DNA of 64,000 bases from Callorhinchus milii (Eukaryota), in NCBI RefSeq assembly GCF_018977255.1, contig NW_024704742.1, positions 128,776,001 through 128,840,000 of the forward strand, in the 5' to 3' direction. Below are positions 26,096-38,818 of this stretch, in pieces (the first letter of the stretch is position 1; the number at the start of each line of letters is the position of its first letter). The translations under genes and the position numbers were made by a program. Below the pieces are notes generated by a model that saw only the letters and a program-made list of their open reading frames with translations, made no database searches and had not been told where the DNA came from.

Positions 26096-27639
26096 TTTCT
26101 TCCTGTTTCTTTAATTGGATCTACATTATTTACTCTGCTACTAATGTATTTTTAAGTAACGGTTGTTTCCCCACTGAAACTAAATTTTATTGACTCATTT
26201 CAGTTCTGAACTATTCAATTTTCGTGACCAGCTGAATAAGAATTTAGAGACATGATTCATGTCAAAATCACTTCTATTTGTGATTTTCAGAGGTCATATC
26301 ATGTTGATGCAATGCTTTCTCCAATTCCCTCAACTCTCCCACAGACACTCAGCTCCACCTCATCCTTTTCCACTTGGGAGAGTAAACAAGTGGAAATTGA
26401 GCAATAAATTCTTCCGTAACTCCTTCAGTACTAAAGCTAAGTATAGATCATTCAACAGGAATTATGTGGTGTACCTTATGTGAATGCAATCATTGATATG
26501 CAAAGAAGAGATTCTTTACTTTACTGTTGAACCTCTTCCCTCCTGCACCCTACTATAGAAATCACAGTGATGACTGTTAGATTGTGATGGTCAATACATC
26601 TTACAGTGTATTTTTTGTGTGTGTGAAGGATGAACATTTTGAACAATTTTGAGCCCCAAGTAGGTGATTTGATAGATGAAATTTTATTTTATTTATGCAC
26701 TTATACTGTATTGCGCTACAGAATGTGCGGTTTAATCTTGCAGCCCCAATTACAATGTGGACTTGACAATGGAACCGATTAGAGGGGGTGCATGACAAAA
26801 CACGTACATAGAACTTCATAATGCTTATATTGCCCCTATTGCTACACTTTTTAATAATTATTAAAATATAACAACTTGCATTTGTATACCACCTTCACAC
26901 AGGATAGAGTCTTGGAACACTGTAAATATAATTCAGGAATAAAACATCTTCTTACATTTGGTGTGATTTAAAACCAAATTTTAACCATTGGTAGCTGCAA
27001 ACCAGCTGGCAGTTAAATTCTTAATCTCAGGAATAGTCACAAATCAAGTTTGTCACTGTGCATGTTTAATATGCTCTCCCTTTCCTCCTTCCTACTCGTT
27101 TCTCAGGCTATTTTCTTTGATGCAGATATTTTATTTCCCCTTTCGGAAGTTTTCGTTTTATTTTAGCATCAATACGGGATAATTGGAGACAGACTTGTTT
27201 CCATATTATATTTTTAGCTAATTGGGTGCATAAACACTACAATTGCTGCAACATAAATTTTGTATTTGAGACAGGATGGAAATAAATCAGAGGAAGGGGA
27301 CGATTTATCATATTTTACCAACAATTTCAGCCAATTTTGTTCAGAATGTGAGTGACACGGGCGGAAATTAATTTTGACATGGTGACATTCCTTGTAAAAT
27401 GAACGGTTGCAAGGGTCATTTCCACTTCTAAATCATTGCAACATCTTTAGTTCACTTCACAAAACAAAGAATACCAGTTACATATTTTTGTTGGGAGCGC
27501 TGATGCTCACTATAAGAGGCTTGATGTGAACGTTGCGTAAAATAGAAGGTTCTATCCATATTCATCGAAAAACTCAGTTGTGAGCCATTTGACCAGCTCA
27601 CGATATAGTGCACAGACACTGCTTGACTTTTCATTTACA

Positions 27640-27992
27640 GCCCTATAGCATATTGGCTAAAGCATCCGCCTGACATACGAGAGGACCCGAGTTTGATTCC
27701 CTGGCAGGGCAAAACATTAGACAAGTCTTCCTACTCCACACGCCTTTGTTTACCTACCAGTAAGTAGGAACCCAGTTGTTCGTCGATTGGCAGATGACAT
27801 TCTGGGGATAATTATCCCTTAATAAAAAATTGGTCACTCAATCCACGACTGTTTGTGGGGCACTGCTGTGCGCAATAGGCTGCCGCATTTTGTCCACAAA
27901 ATATACCATCAATTCACTTTACAGTATATTCTGTGAAGCGCTTTGAGACATGATAAAGCGCTAAATAAAATGCAAGGATTATTATTATTATA
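27640..27992 (+). mobile_element. tRNA-derived SINE family A, full length
   Basis: Decayed tRNA head, CACACGCCTTTGTTTACCTACCAGTAAGTAGGAACC body, (ATT)n tail. Confidence 0.88.
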
Positions 27993-29944
27993 TTACACGT
28001 TCATTCAGAAACTACTTGTAGACAACTACAAAACAAATATACAGTCACTACACTTTACAGTGAATCCTGTGAAGCACTTTAAGACATCCCCCCAATGTGG
28101 AAGCGGATATATCAAATCCAAGGATTATTATCAACAAATATATAGACTATTATCTACGATGCTACACTATGTTTGCAATTATAATACAACACAATCCAAA
28201 TAGCAATGGTAATTTCATTGAGAGTAAACAGTTGGATATAAATGTATATCTGGCTTTACAGTATATCTTTGACACGTTTGACTTGCTGACGAGAATATCA
28301 CTATATCAAGTGTAAGGATTATAAGAGTGACTACAAGTCAATGGCTTAAAGAAAGGATTTGGATAACCACACAAAGTAGGAGTATGAAGGTATTTTACAA
28401 CAAATTCAACTATGAATTGTTTGATCAATGGAACACTTGCAAATAGTCTCTGATGGTGACATTAATTTATTTATTTATTTATTTGAATGCCGCGTGCAAA
28501 GATTTTACATTTACAGTTTATTGAAAAGTGTAATGTTGGCTTTATTTCATAAGTTTCTGTCAGTCTACATTCTGTCACAAGGGCACTTTTGATACTCTTC
28601 GTATGTGTAATATTTCAGTTCTTTGCCCTTCTTTCAATGTCTTGAAAGTGAAAGATCCAACAACAACAAAAACAACTTGCATTTATATAAGGCCCTCAAG
28701 CGGGTAGCATCCCAGAGTGCTTAGATTCAGCTTCTGAACTGAAGTCAGGATCAGTTCTGATGTGGATTCATGTCCACCACTTACTTGATTGTGAGCTGTG
28801 GAACTCAACTCACCCATGATCTACAACAGCTGCCAGCGAAAGAAGATTTTCGTCTCCTTTGCTTGGGATGGGTTCCAACATAAATCTACAAATCCACAGT
28901 GAATTGTTATAGACAAATCAAGAAACATTGCACTATATGTCATTTGCCCTTTACACTATTTACAATTTAGGTTTTATGCATCAAATTACTTTAGTTTCTG
29001 CACTCATGTGTAAGGACTGGGCATATGGGAAACCATTTGTTAAGCTCTTGGGTTTAAGACATGCAAGATAGCATTGCTGACATTTAAGTGAGCACATTTA
29101 TAATTCAGTTGTTTTCAAAAAAAACTTGCATATTGCAAGATACAGGATATTAACTTCCCACCAGCAGTAAGTTAAGACATCCAATTATCACATAGCATTG
29201 AACCACCAAAGCAGAAAAGCAGTCAGGGCAGAACCACAGCAATTGAAAGAAGCCTCTGAGGCAGAACAGAGAGTGGCACATCGCTTCAGGCTGGAATGTT
29301 TGCAGGGTTGGCAAGGCTGGTGTGGGAACATCCACTACTGGCTGTGGTAAGAATTTTCTGCTTGTATGTTTTTCCTTGTAGAACACATTGTACTGCATTT
29401 GTGCATCTATCTGTGGGAATCTATTCTGGCACAATTTGTCTACTGATACACAGTCACTACGCCTCACAGAAGTTCTGTGAAGCACTTTGACACGTTCTCA
29501 ATGTTATAGGAACTATATCAAAAGCACAGATTATAACTGTTATTATCTATTGACAGAAAATTACACAGCACTAATGTTGATATTATGTATTGAGCCATAT
29601 AGTAACTGGGAATAAAAATATATACCCAAATACACACCCAACACCATCTATACTGTACATATGGGTTGCAAAATGTCTAGTCCTTACACATATGAGTGTT
29701 GAATATTGTTAGCACTCTCATCTCTGAATCCAAAGGTTGTGGATTGAAGCCCATGTTGGGATTTGGAATTTATGTAATCTGCTGCACAATAGAAAGAATT
29801 ACATACACCAAGAAATTGTTGGTATTTAATGGAAATTAATTTTGGATATAAATTGGCGGTAACCCATGATACCTTCTCACTTCCAGTGTAAAAACTGGCA
29901 AAGCATACAGAATATAACCCTACATACAATTGAACGCATATATA

Positions 29945-30115
29945 CATTAGAATACATTAGAATATACAGCACAGAAACAGGCCATTCGGCCCAACTGGTC
30001 TATGCCAGTGTTTATGCTCCTCCTGCTCTTCCTCAACTAAGCCTTCAAGCATAACCTTCTATTCCTTTCTCCCTCATGTACCTATCTAGCTTCCCCTTAA
30101 ATACATCTATGCTAT
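29945..30115 (-). mobile_element. CR1-type 3' end fragment
   Basis: ACAGCACAGAAACAGGCCATTCGGCCCAACTGGTCTATGCCAGTGTTTATGCTCC and CTATCTAGCTTCCCCTTAAA. Confidence 0.8.
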
Positions 30116-30157
30116 AGATAAAATATGTTATAATTTTTTAGGAAGGAACTGATGGAT

Positions 30158-30392
30158 AATAATAATAATAATAATAATCCTTGCATTTGATAGAGCGCTT
30201 TTCACGTCGGGAGGACGTCCCAAAGCGCTTCACAGAACACACTGTAAAGTGAATTGACTGTGTATTTGTGGGCGAACGCGGCAGCCAATTGCGCACAGCA
30301 ATGTCCCACAAACAGTCGTAGATTGAAAATGACCAATTTAATTATTCTTTTTGTTTTTTTGGAGGGATTATTATTAGGCGTGTGGAGTAAGG
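30158..30392 (-). mobile_element. Young short-form family A SINE, 5'-truncated
   Basis: Near-identical reverse complement of 32104-32330 and 45584-45816. Confidence 0.92.
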
Positions 30393-32010
30393 ATAATCTT
30401 TGGGTACAAATAGTAATTATAAACTTCACTTTTGCAATACAGCAGATTGTCTTTCAGTGTAGTGGAGTATCAGTTTAGACTATGAGCTCAAATCCACATG
30501 TGGGGTCTGAACTCTCAACTCTCTGGTTTAAAACAGCTTATGTCAAAGCCTGTACTTGCTCCCAAGTGCAGTGACTCTTTTTGCGGGCAAGTGCAGTAGC
30601 CATTTTGGACATAGCAATGAAATGAAGAATCAGATATATCTGGGGAATTTGGGGCCAGTGCATTAGGAGAAACTACATTCTCTTTTCAAATATTGTCATT
30701 GGATTTTTAACATCTACCTGAAGAACATGTGGCTGGGATCATTTCATCTAAAGGATGGCACCTCCAAATATACAGCATTCTCCCAGTACTATGTCAGCAT
30801 AGACCAAACAAGTGAAACTAACACTGAAATTACTGAGTTATAACAATAATAATCCTTGTATTTGATATAGCGCCTTTCATGTAGGAAGGATGTCTCAAAA
30901 TGCTTTACAGGATTTACTGTAAAGTTTTGTGACTATGTATTTTGCATATGAACAATTCGTATTCATGTTGCATTATTCATTGATCTGCAGATAGTTCAAG
31001 AATCAAAGGAAAGTAATGTTGACTGAAAACTGAGTTAAAATCAATGCAAAGGTAGCTTGATACCCATAACATGCCATTATTTTTCAATAAAGATGCTCAT
31101 GTGTAACTGGGTGGTCCATTGGAGACAACGCCAATAATCCGTATTAAGAACAAATGTTGAAATGTGTAGCTAGCTCTGGTTTAGTATATCAGTATCCATT
31201 TATAGCACTTGACTTTACTCTACGCCAGGAAACATTTGATGCTTAGACTCATGACAAATACACTTCTCGTTCATTATTTCCTCATCTTTTTGTACACATT
31301 TATTTTTTTTAAGTAAGAATTTGTGCAATGAAGAAAACTAAATAAACATAGAACATTTATTTTGGGAATAACTCTGTGTACCTTAAGCCACATTTGATGT
31401 GGAACAGGAAGGACTGGGTCTTAAATGCAAAGACAGTTTCTGATCTGTCCACATTTACCATGTGTCATATGACTTACAGGAAACTTGTCTGGCCAATGCC
31501 ATTGCAAAGAAGTGCATTTGAAGGATACATTATGTCTACAAGTTCCATTCTGTCTTTCATATGGTACCAGACAAAAACATAACTTGTGTATATACCCCGT
31601 CGTCTTTTAGAGGAAATGACAGGGCACTGCAAAACTTCATATATTCATTCATTTATTTAGATTTCCTTTACCAACAGCTGGCTTGCAGTTATACTGTCTG
31701 AATCGACGTCATTGCTTTTGTCATCCATTGATGTTTCTTTTAAATTAAACAAGAAATCTAAATGACTTAAACATCAAAGGATATGTTTTGTTGAAGGCTT
31801 GTCTCATTGTCTCTGATTCTAATTCATTCTTTTCCAGGATCCCAATGCTGGAATATTTTGCCTCAATCAGTTTCCATTTCTTTCTCCTATTAAAACTCAC
31901 TGGTGGTATCTCCAAACCACTTTTTCTTTTGCCTATCCTTTTTTCTCCCATTCTTTGAACCCTATGCACTGTATGGTCTTGGTTCTTTATATTCTTGGTT
32001 CTTTATATTG

Positions 32011-32330
32011 TGGAGTCCTGTAGCTCAGTGGTTAGAGCACTCGCTTTGCAAGTGAGAGACCCGAGTTCAATTCCAGGCAGAGGGCGAAACCTTGGGCAAG
32101 TTTCCTTACTCCACACAGAGCCTAATAATAATCCCTCCAAAACCCAAAAAAAACAATAATAAATTGGTCATTTTCAATCTACGACTATTTGTGGGACATT
32201 GCTGTGCGCAATTGACTGCCGCGTTCTCCCACAAATATATACAGTCAATTCACTTTACAGTATATTCTGTGAAGCGCTTTGGGACGTCCTCCCGACGTGA
32301 AAAGCGCTATATCAAATGCAAGGATTATTA
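32011..32330 (+). mobile_element. Young short-form family A SINE, full length, tRNA-Ala(TGC)-like head
   Basis: TGGAGTCCTGTAGCTCAGTGGTTAGAGCACTCGCTTTGCAAGTGAGAGACCCGAGTTCAATTCC with intact A and B boxes; L2-like hairpin tail. Confidence 0.95.
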
Positions 32331-33029
32331 AAGATGGGAGATGAGTTTTAAAAATAATTTTCAGAAAATGGGCTTAAAAATTAAGACTATGTTTAAAAAA
32401 TTGTCAAATTCTGGAATGCTCTATAGTTCTACTTTAATAGATTAAATAAAAAGTAACAAATAAATTGCCATTAAAAATGATCTGGATATATCTGGTCGAG
32501 GATAAGAATGACATTAAGGGTTATAGAGATACTTGTACACTGAGATGATCAAATATGTCATGGCACTCGGTTCTCCTTGTCTTGTTGAAGATGTGAGGCT
32601 TTTATATATGGAAAGATTCTAGGGAAACATGGCTGCCTGTGAGACCTATGGTGAGATTTACACTGCTAACCTAGCAACTTAAACCAATCAGAATTTGGCA
32701 AGGTGTTGAAATCATTCTTAACTTGGAAGTTGTTTTTCTGTTGTTCTTAAAGGTACTTGCAGAAAATGGACTTCAGAATTCTGGCTATGTTTAAGAATTG
32801 ACAAATTTTTGATGATATTTTAATAGACCCATGTGAAATTTCTCTGCAATAAAGCCTTAATTTGCCTTCAGCTGAACACCAAGAAAACTAAAGCCATGTT
32901 GTTTGGCTGTTGTCAGTGGATTCTTGTCCCATTGGCTCCAACTTTGCCAAGCTTTCAGTAGTAGCTCTGGCTAGCCAAACCAGTGAATAACCTTGGCATT
33001 TTGTTTGTGTTCCATCTCTGAGCCAAAAG

Positions 33030-33400
33030 AGACATTTGGATAAAGAGGAATCTGTGAACCCATTTGATTTCGTCCTCTTGGAAAACCCACTCTACCGACC
33101 TCCATTACAGCACCAATCTGTTTCTTAAATGAGTCCAGAGACTTGACCTCGATCACCTTTCCTGGTAACTCCTTCCAGTTGATAATTACCCACTGTGTGA
33201 AGAAATACTTCCTGTTGTCTATAATGAAAATGCTCTTTGCAACCCTGAACCTGTACCCTCTTGTCTGCTGCCTTGGAGTATCTTAAAGTATTGGTCTGGG
33301 TTCACTCTCTCAATCCCAATTTAGAGTCATATAAGTTGTCCTCTCACATGTCTCATTCCAAGGCTGAAGAGAGAGCTTATCTAACCATTGCTCATATAAA
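33030..33400 (-). mobile_element. Old CR1 LINE 3' fragment
   Basis: IEVKSLDSFKKQIGAVM; TTCCAGTTGATAATTACCCACTGTGTGAAGAAATACTTCCT. Confidence 0.8.
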
Positions 33401-34024
33401 CCAAACATCTGGTTTTTAACCAAAACCACTTCCTTCCATTTTTGGAACATTGCTCCTTTGTGTCCTTATCTCACCCCCTCCCACAGATGAAATTCCACCC
33501 ATGCTTTTGTCGCCTTGAGGTTAGATTTCTCATCCTACTGTCTCTGCTACCCTTGCTAGCAGCCCTGGCTATACCCTCCACAAGCTCCAGTTCATCCAAA
33601 TGTCTAGACATGGTATTCTTTATCGCATTATTCGATCATGAAAACATCATGTGAAGAAAAGCAATCTATCCATTTTATATATTTATGTAATGTTGTTGTC
33701 ATTGTTGTTGTATATAACAGAGCAGTTAAGATGGGTATCCTCTCAAGTACAATGGATAAATTATTACACTTTCTTCAGTGGGTTTAAGAATATTAAAAAT
33801 ATTGGATTTGGTAGGTTTAATATAAAATAATAATAATAATCATTGGATTTGATATAGCTCCTTATCAAGTCATTGAGACGTCTCAAAGCGCAACACAGAA
33901 TATATTGTCCCAAAGTACTTCACAGGATGTACTATAAAACGTCTGTTCAGGTGGACATTAAAGGTCCCATGGCACTATTTGAAAAGAGAAGGAAACCCCC
34001 AAAAACCTGGTCATTCACACTTCA

Positions 34025-34288
34025 TAATAATAATAGTAATCCTTACATTTGATATAATGGCTCATCACGTCTTCGAGACGCCTCAAAGCTCTTCATAGAA
34101 TATACTGTAAAGTGAATTGACTGTATATTTGGTGGGTGAAACACACCAGCCAATTGTGCACAGCAGTGTCCCACAAACAGTCATGGATTGAGTGGGGTAA
34201 AGAAACTTCACTAATGTTTCACCCTGCCCGGTAATCTAACCTGGGGCTTGCAAGGCTAGTGCTCTACCAATATGCTACAGGACTCCAC
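34025..34288 (-). mobile_element. Family A SINE with internal deletions
   Basis: Tail, 3' module and GCTACAGGACTCCA head end. Confidence 0.8.
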
Positions 34289-35181
34289 GGCTGTTTGTAG
34301 GACATTACAGTGCAGAAATCGTCTGTCAGGTTCACCCACAGAATAAGCAGTCACTGCACTTTACAATGTATCCTGTGAAGAATTCCTTCCCATGGCAAAA
34401 ATGCCTCAGAAGATAGCTCAATCTCTGTCCAAAAATAATTTGCAATTTTATTGTAAAAAGCACAGTGTATGCTGTAAACTTGTATTTGTTAATATTTTCT
34501 TACATGAGAAGTATTCTGTAAAGTGCCAATCTGACGTCTACCTCCCATTCTACTTGAAATGCTCTAAGTAATTATAATGATGAAGAACAGATTGACATTC
34601 CATACCCCTTTCATGGAATTCAGACGTTACATTCCTCTTTTGCGGTATTTCTTTCAACATGGGCCATTGTTCTGAGATTTGACATAGCATATAAAAGTAA
34701 CAGTGTTTGAATTAAGAAAATATGATCATCTTATATTGCAAACAGCTTATCTTGCTGACATGGAGCTTTAATAAAACATTTCAAATGTTAATTTGAAAAA
34801 GCTTGATTGAAATTTAAATAGGAAAACAATATGCATGCTACTTAACCAATTATCGTTTTGCCCATTAAACTTACTAAAGCTTAACCCTTAAGCATTAAAA
34901 TTAGGAAAGAGAGGAAATATGGAAGAGAAATAAAGGAAGAGGGATAGAGAAGGCAATATATATTTTCTGAAGTATAAAATTAATAATCCTGGCATTTGAT
35001 ATTGCACCTTTTCAGGTTAGGAAGACATTTCAAAGAATATCATAGGATACAATTAAAATTCCCAAATTTAAACAATCCGTATACTGATATAGCTTGATTG
35101 TTCACAGCAGATAAGTGAATAAGACAGATATAGAACCCAAAGTTTAATGTAGTCTTCAATTAAGACATTCAGGACCATTTA

Positions 35182-35620
35182 TAATAATAATAATAGCATA
35201 ATAATAATCCTTGCATTTGATATAGCCCATATCAAGTCATTGAGACGGCTTAAAGCACTTCACAGAATATATTCACAGATTGACTGTGGATTTTGTGGGT
35301 GAAATACAGCAGCCAGTTGTGCACAGCAGTGTCCCACAAACAGCCATGGAGCGAGTGACCAATGTTATCTGAGGGATTGTTGTCCAAGACACTGGGAGAG
35401 AGAAGCCCCCTTCTCTTTTCAAATAATGCCATGGGATCTTCAACGTCCACCTGAACAGGCAAATGTGACCTCAGTTTAATGCTCCATCTGAAGGACAGCA
35501 CCTCCGACAATGCAACGTACCTCAGCACTGCATTGGAGCGTCAGCTAAGACTATGTGATTCCAAGTCGTGACGGAGGGCTTGAACCTTTCTGATTCAGAA
35601 GCGAGAGCACCACCACAGCT
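35182..35620 (-). mobile_element. Deu-domain SINE (family B), near full length
   Basis: TGCCATGGGATCTTCAACGTCCACCTGAACAGGC..CATCTGAAGGACAGCACCTCCGACAATGCA; tRNA-like head TCTGATTCAGAAGCGAGAG. Confidence 0.9.
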
Positions 35621-35919
35621 ATTGTAATAAAGGGGTGAAAAATGCAGATTATCATGATAATTATCTTTCTTCTCGTCACTTTTGTTCTTGCTGATCATGG
35701 AGAACAAATTTTCTGTTTGCTTCATAGAAAACCAGTCTTGCTCAATCCTGACTCAAAATGAAACAATTTTGGCACTGCGGGTTGATCCGAGGGAAACCAA
35801 TGATGGTCTGGCCTTGGAAAGCTGACAAAAATATGCAAGATCAATTTTGAGTTATCACATGCAAATTCCACGTCCGTGGTATAGTTGCCTCCATGATTTA
35901 TATGTGGCACAACACTATT

Positions 35920-36284
35920 GTCCTGTAGCTCAGTGGTTAGAGCACTTGCCCTTGCAAGTAAGAGACGTGGGTTTGATTCTCGGCAGGGCAAAACGTTGGG
36001 CAAGTTTCCTTACACCACGCGCCTCTGTTTACCCAGCAGTAGGTAGGAACATGGTTGTTAGTCAATTGGCAGATCACTTCTCCGGAGTAATAATCCTTTT
36101 TTTAAAAAAAATTGGTCACTCAATCCACGACTGTTTGTGGGACACTGCTGTGTGTAATTGGCTGCCGCGTTTCGCCCACAAAATATGCAGTCAATTCACT
36201 TTACAGTATATTCTGTGAAGCGCTTTGAGACGTCTCAAAGACGTGATATGGCGCTATATCAAATGCAAGGATTATTATTATTAT
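35920..36284 (+). mobile_element. tRNA-derived SINE family A, long form, full length
   Basis: GTCCTGTAGCTCAGTGGTTAGAGCAC head; TTGGGCAAGTTTCCTTAC..GCCTCTGTTTACCCAGCAGT central domain; tail hairpin ACGTC-TCAAA-GACGT. Confidence 0.93.
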
Positions 36285-36689
36285 TGTATGATGTTAATGC
36301 TTTCTCCATATCAGCACACATAAATGTGCCTTGAACGATTGAAGTTGCTGAGTGGCTGCCCATTTCTTGTCAGAATTCAGGAAATCTGGAAGCCCGTATT
36401 AATTCATTGCATTTGTACACTTTTGGCTATACTTTGACCTGGTAGATTGTATGATGTTAATATATTGCTCCCCTGGTGACTTTAAGGAACCTTTAACATA
36501 GATTTTCATGGACTGTCATTACATTCACAGCTACAGGTAATATAGTGTCGTTTCAGGAGATGAATCGTTACCCAGCATTGCACAGTGAAAATACATTAAT
36601 AAACACATGCAGAAGTGAACATAAAATCTTGTCTGCTCTATCATTTGCATTTAGCTGGTTTTGGATTTCGAGGAACAAATCAGTCACTG

Positions 36690-37015
36690 GGGGCTGGAAT
36701 TCTTCCTACACAGCTCATGTTAACCTGCAAGGTAAAGCCCTAAGGAGTTGGGTTATCCTAGCTGAACAAGTAGTGGGAAGTTGGCTTGTGTTTGCAATGG
36801 CACGTTGCACAGTTTTAGTTGGTTAAACTCCAGCATGGCCCCGATGAATACTCTAGGGTCCTCAAGCCTTGGCTCTTGCTAACACTCTACTGGATTAGGT
36901 GAACAGGGTGCATTCCTCCAGCGAGGGAGTGCACACTCCACTTCAGACAAAGAAACTTCCATGGTTTTGATACTTGTAAGCAGTGATGGATTTCCGCATG
37001 TGTTAGACACCCAAC
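36690..37015 (+). repeat. Old unclassified dispersed repeat
   Basis: Collinear similarity to 48795-49160, 60440-60555 and (reverse) 60760-60870. Confidence 0.75.
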
Positions 37016-37032
37016 AGACTAACTATAATATC

Positions 37033-37317
37033 TGGAGTCCTCTAGCTCAGTGGTTAGAGCACTCGCCTTGCAAGCGAGACAACTGGGTTCATTTCTAGGC
37101 AGGGCGAAACCTTGGGCAAGTTTGCTTACTCCACACGCCTAATAATAATCCCTCCAAAAAACAAAACAGTAATAAATTGGTCATTTTCAATCCATGACTG
37201 TTTGTGGGACACTGCGTTTCGCCCACAACTATACAGCATATTCTGTGAAGCGCTTTGAGACGTCTAGAAGACGTGAAAAGCACTATATCAAATGCAAAGA
37301 TTATTATTATTATTATA
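37033..37317 (+). mobile_element. Short-form family A SINE with old-type hairpin loop
   Basis: Short body (CACACGCCTAATAATAATCCCTCC) but tail GAGACGTCTAGAAGACGTGAAAAGCACT. Confidence 0.9.
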
Positions 37318-38479
37318 ATGCTGCAGCCCACAATTTCAGTCATCTTCCCCTTCCCCAGCCCTTTGTTTCCCTCCCCCAGCTCAGAAGCTCCTCCAGCATT
37401 GTGAATGCTTTTTGAGATGTCCTCCCAATGTGAAAGGTGCTGTATAAATATAAATTGTATTGTAACATGTGAAGTGCATTGCTTTGAAAATTATTATAGA
37501 AAGATGCAGATTGATTTATTTAGTCCTGAATGACTTAATTAAATGTTGTTTTAGCCATTGTGAGCTGAGACATTTCTCTTCATGCTCCTTCCAGCCAAGC
37601 ATGTGGTGACAGTTTAAGGCATACTTGGAAAGAAATTCCACTCAGATCTCGATTTATTTTACTAAAGTAGCATTTTTGAGCATCCAGAATTTAAAAGATT
37701 CTTAAGGGCAGACTTCATTTTGAAACTGTTTGAAGCTGCAATCAAAGAAATGGGTCTTCACATAAGTTTTGAAAAGCAGAAAGGAAGGGGCAAAACAGCA
37801 GGATTTCAGAAGTGAGTTCCAAAGGGCAGAGGTAAAAGCAGGATTTCAGAAGGGAAGCTAGATTAATTCCCAGAAATTAAAAGGTTTTAGGATTATTAAA
37901 CGATGGATGATGAGAAAAATGTGCTGAACGAATCTTTTGGGAAGTCGGATGGATAGACTAGATCAGCCCATGGCCTACACCTGAACTATGATTATATTAC
38001 ATTATGGTTTGGGGGGTGGGTGGGTGGTGGGGGAGAAATTCCTCCTGGGTCTTGTCTAAATGTTATTCTTAATATTTCGGAGTGTGGAAGTTCCAGCAAA
38101 TTGTTAAATTCAGTCTTAATTTGGAGGCACTGAATGCTGAAAATGAACACTGACTATACGAATTTTAGAAAATTTATGCACCCTAATATATTAAGAAAAT
38201 AGTCCTTAAGTCCAAAAGCAGGTAGTTTGTCTGGTCCACTAGTTCATCCTATCAATTACCCGCTTTCTTGCTCTCTCTTCTCTATGATGCCTCCTGGCAC
38301 TGCTATCAACTTATTAATTCCTCCCGAGTCAACTTTAACGGAATCTTCCATCTCACTGCGTTCTAACGCTGACCTAAAATGCAGGTTAGGTGCCCATGGG
38401 CTAACCATGGTTAAATGCATATTCCCGCTAATTAAATAATTAACCACAAGTATGACAGGTAATTCCGATCACCATTGTC

Positions 38480-38818
38480 TGTATCTGCTGTACCTGCTCA
38501 AACACCACTCCACTGCTCGCCCCCTTCATTCAGCACACACAGGCCTGCTGTGTATCCCCCAATCCTTCCACACCACCATTGCTGACTGTCCCTTCAGCCA
38601 CTACTGCCTAACCTCTGGAACTCCCTGCCTTCATCGCTCTACCTCCTCTTTATCTACTTTAGTTTCCTCCTTAAAACTTACCTCTTCGACCACGGCTATA
38701 GTCATCTCCACCTTTCCCTTCTCCCTCGCTAGGTGTTCAACCCCCCTCTTCCAATGTGCAGCAGTCCAACATACTATCCTACATGAAGGACTCTCTATGA
38801 ATGCAGGTTGTTGTTGTT
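38480..38818 (+). mobile_element. Old L2 LINE 3' fragment
   Basis: ARPLHSAHTGLLCIPQSFHTTIADCPFSHY; ATGAATGCAGG(TTG)n tail. Confidence 0.8.

Noticed and set aside
32011..32085. tRNA-Ala(TGC)-like sequence (also at 37033, 45491, 58812)
   Set aside because: The acceptor stem does not close, there is no oligo-T terminator, and it continues into a SINE body. These are SINE heads, not tRNA genes.
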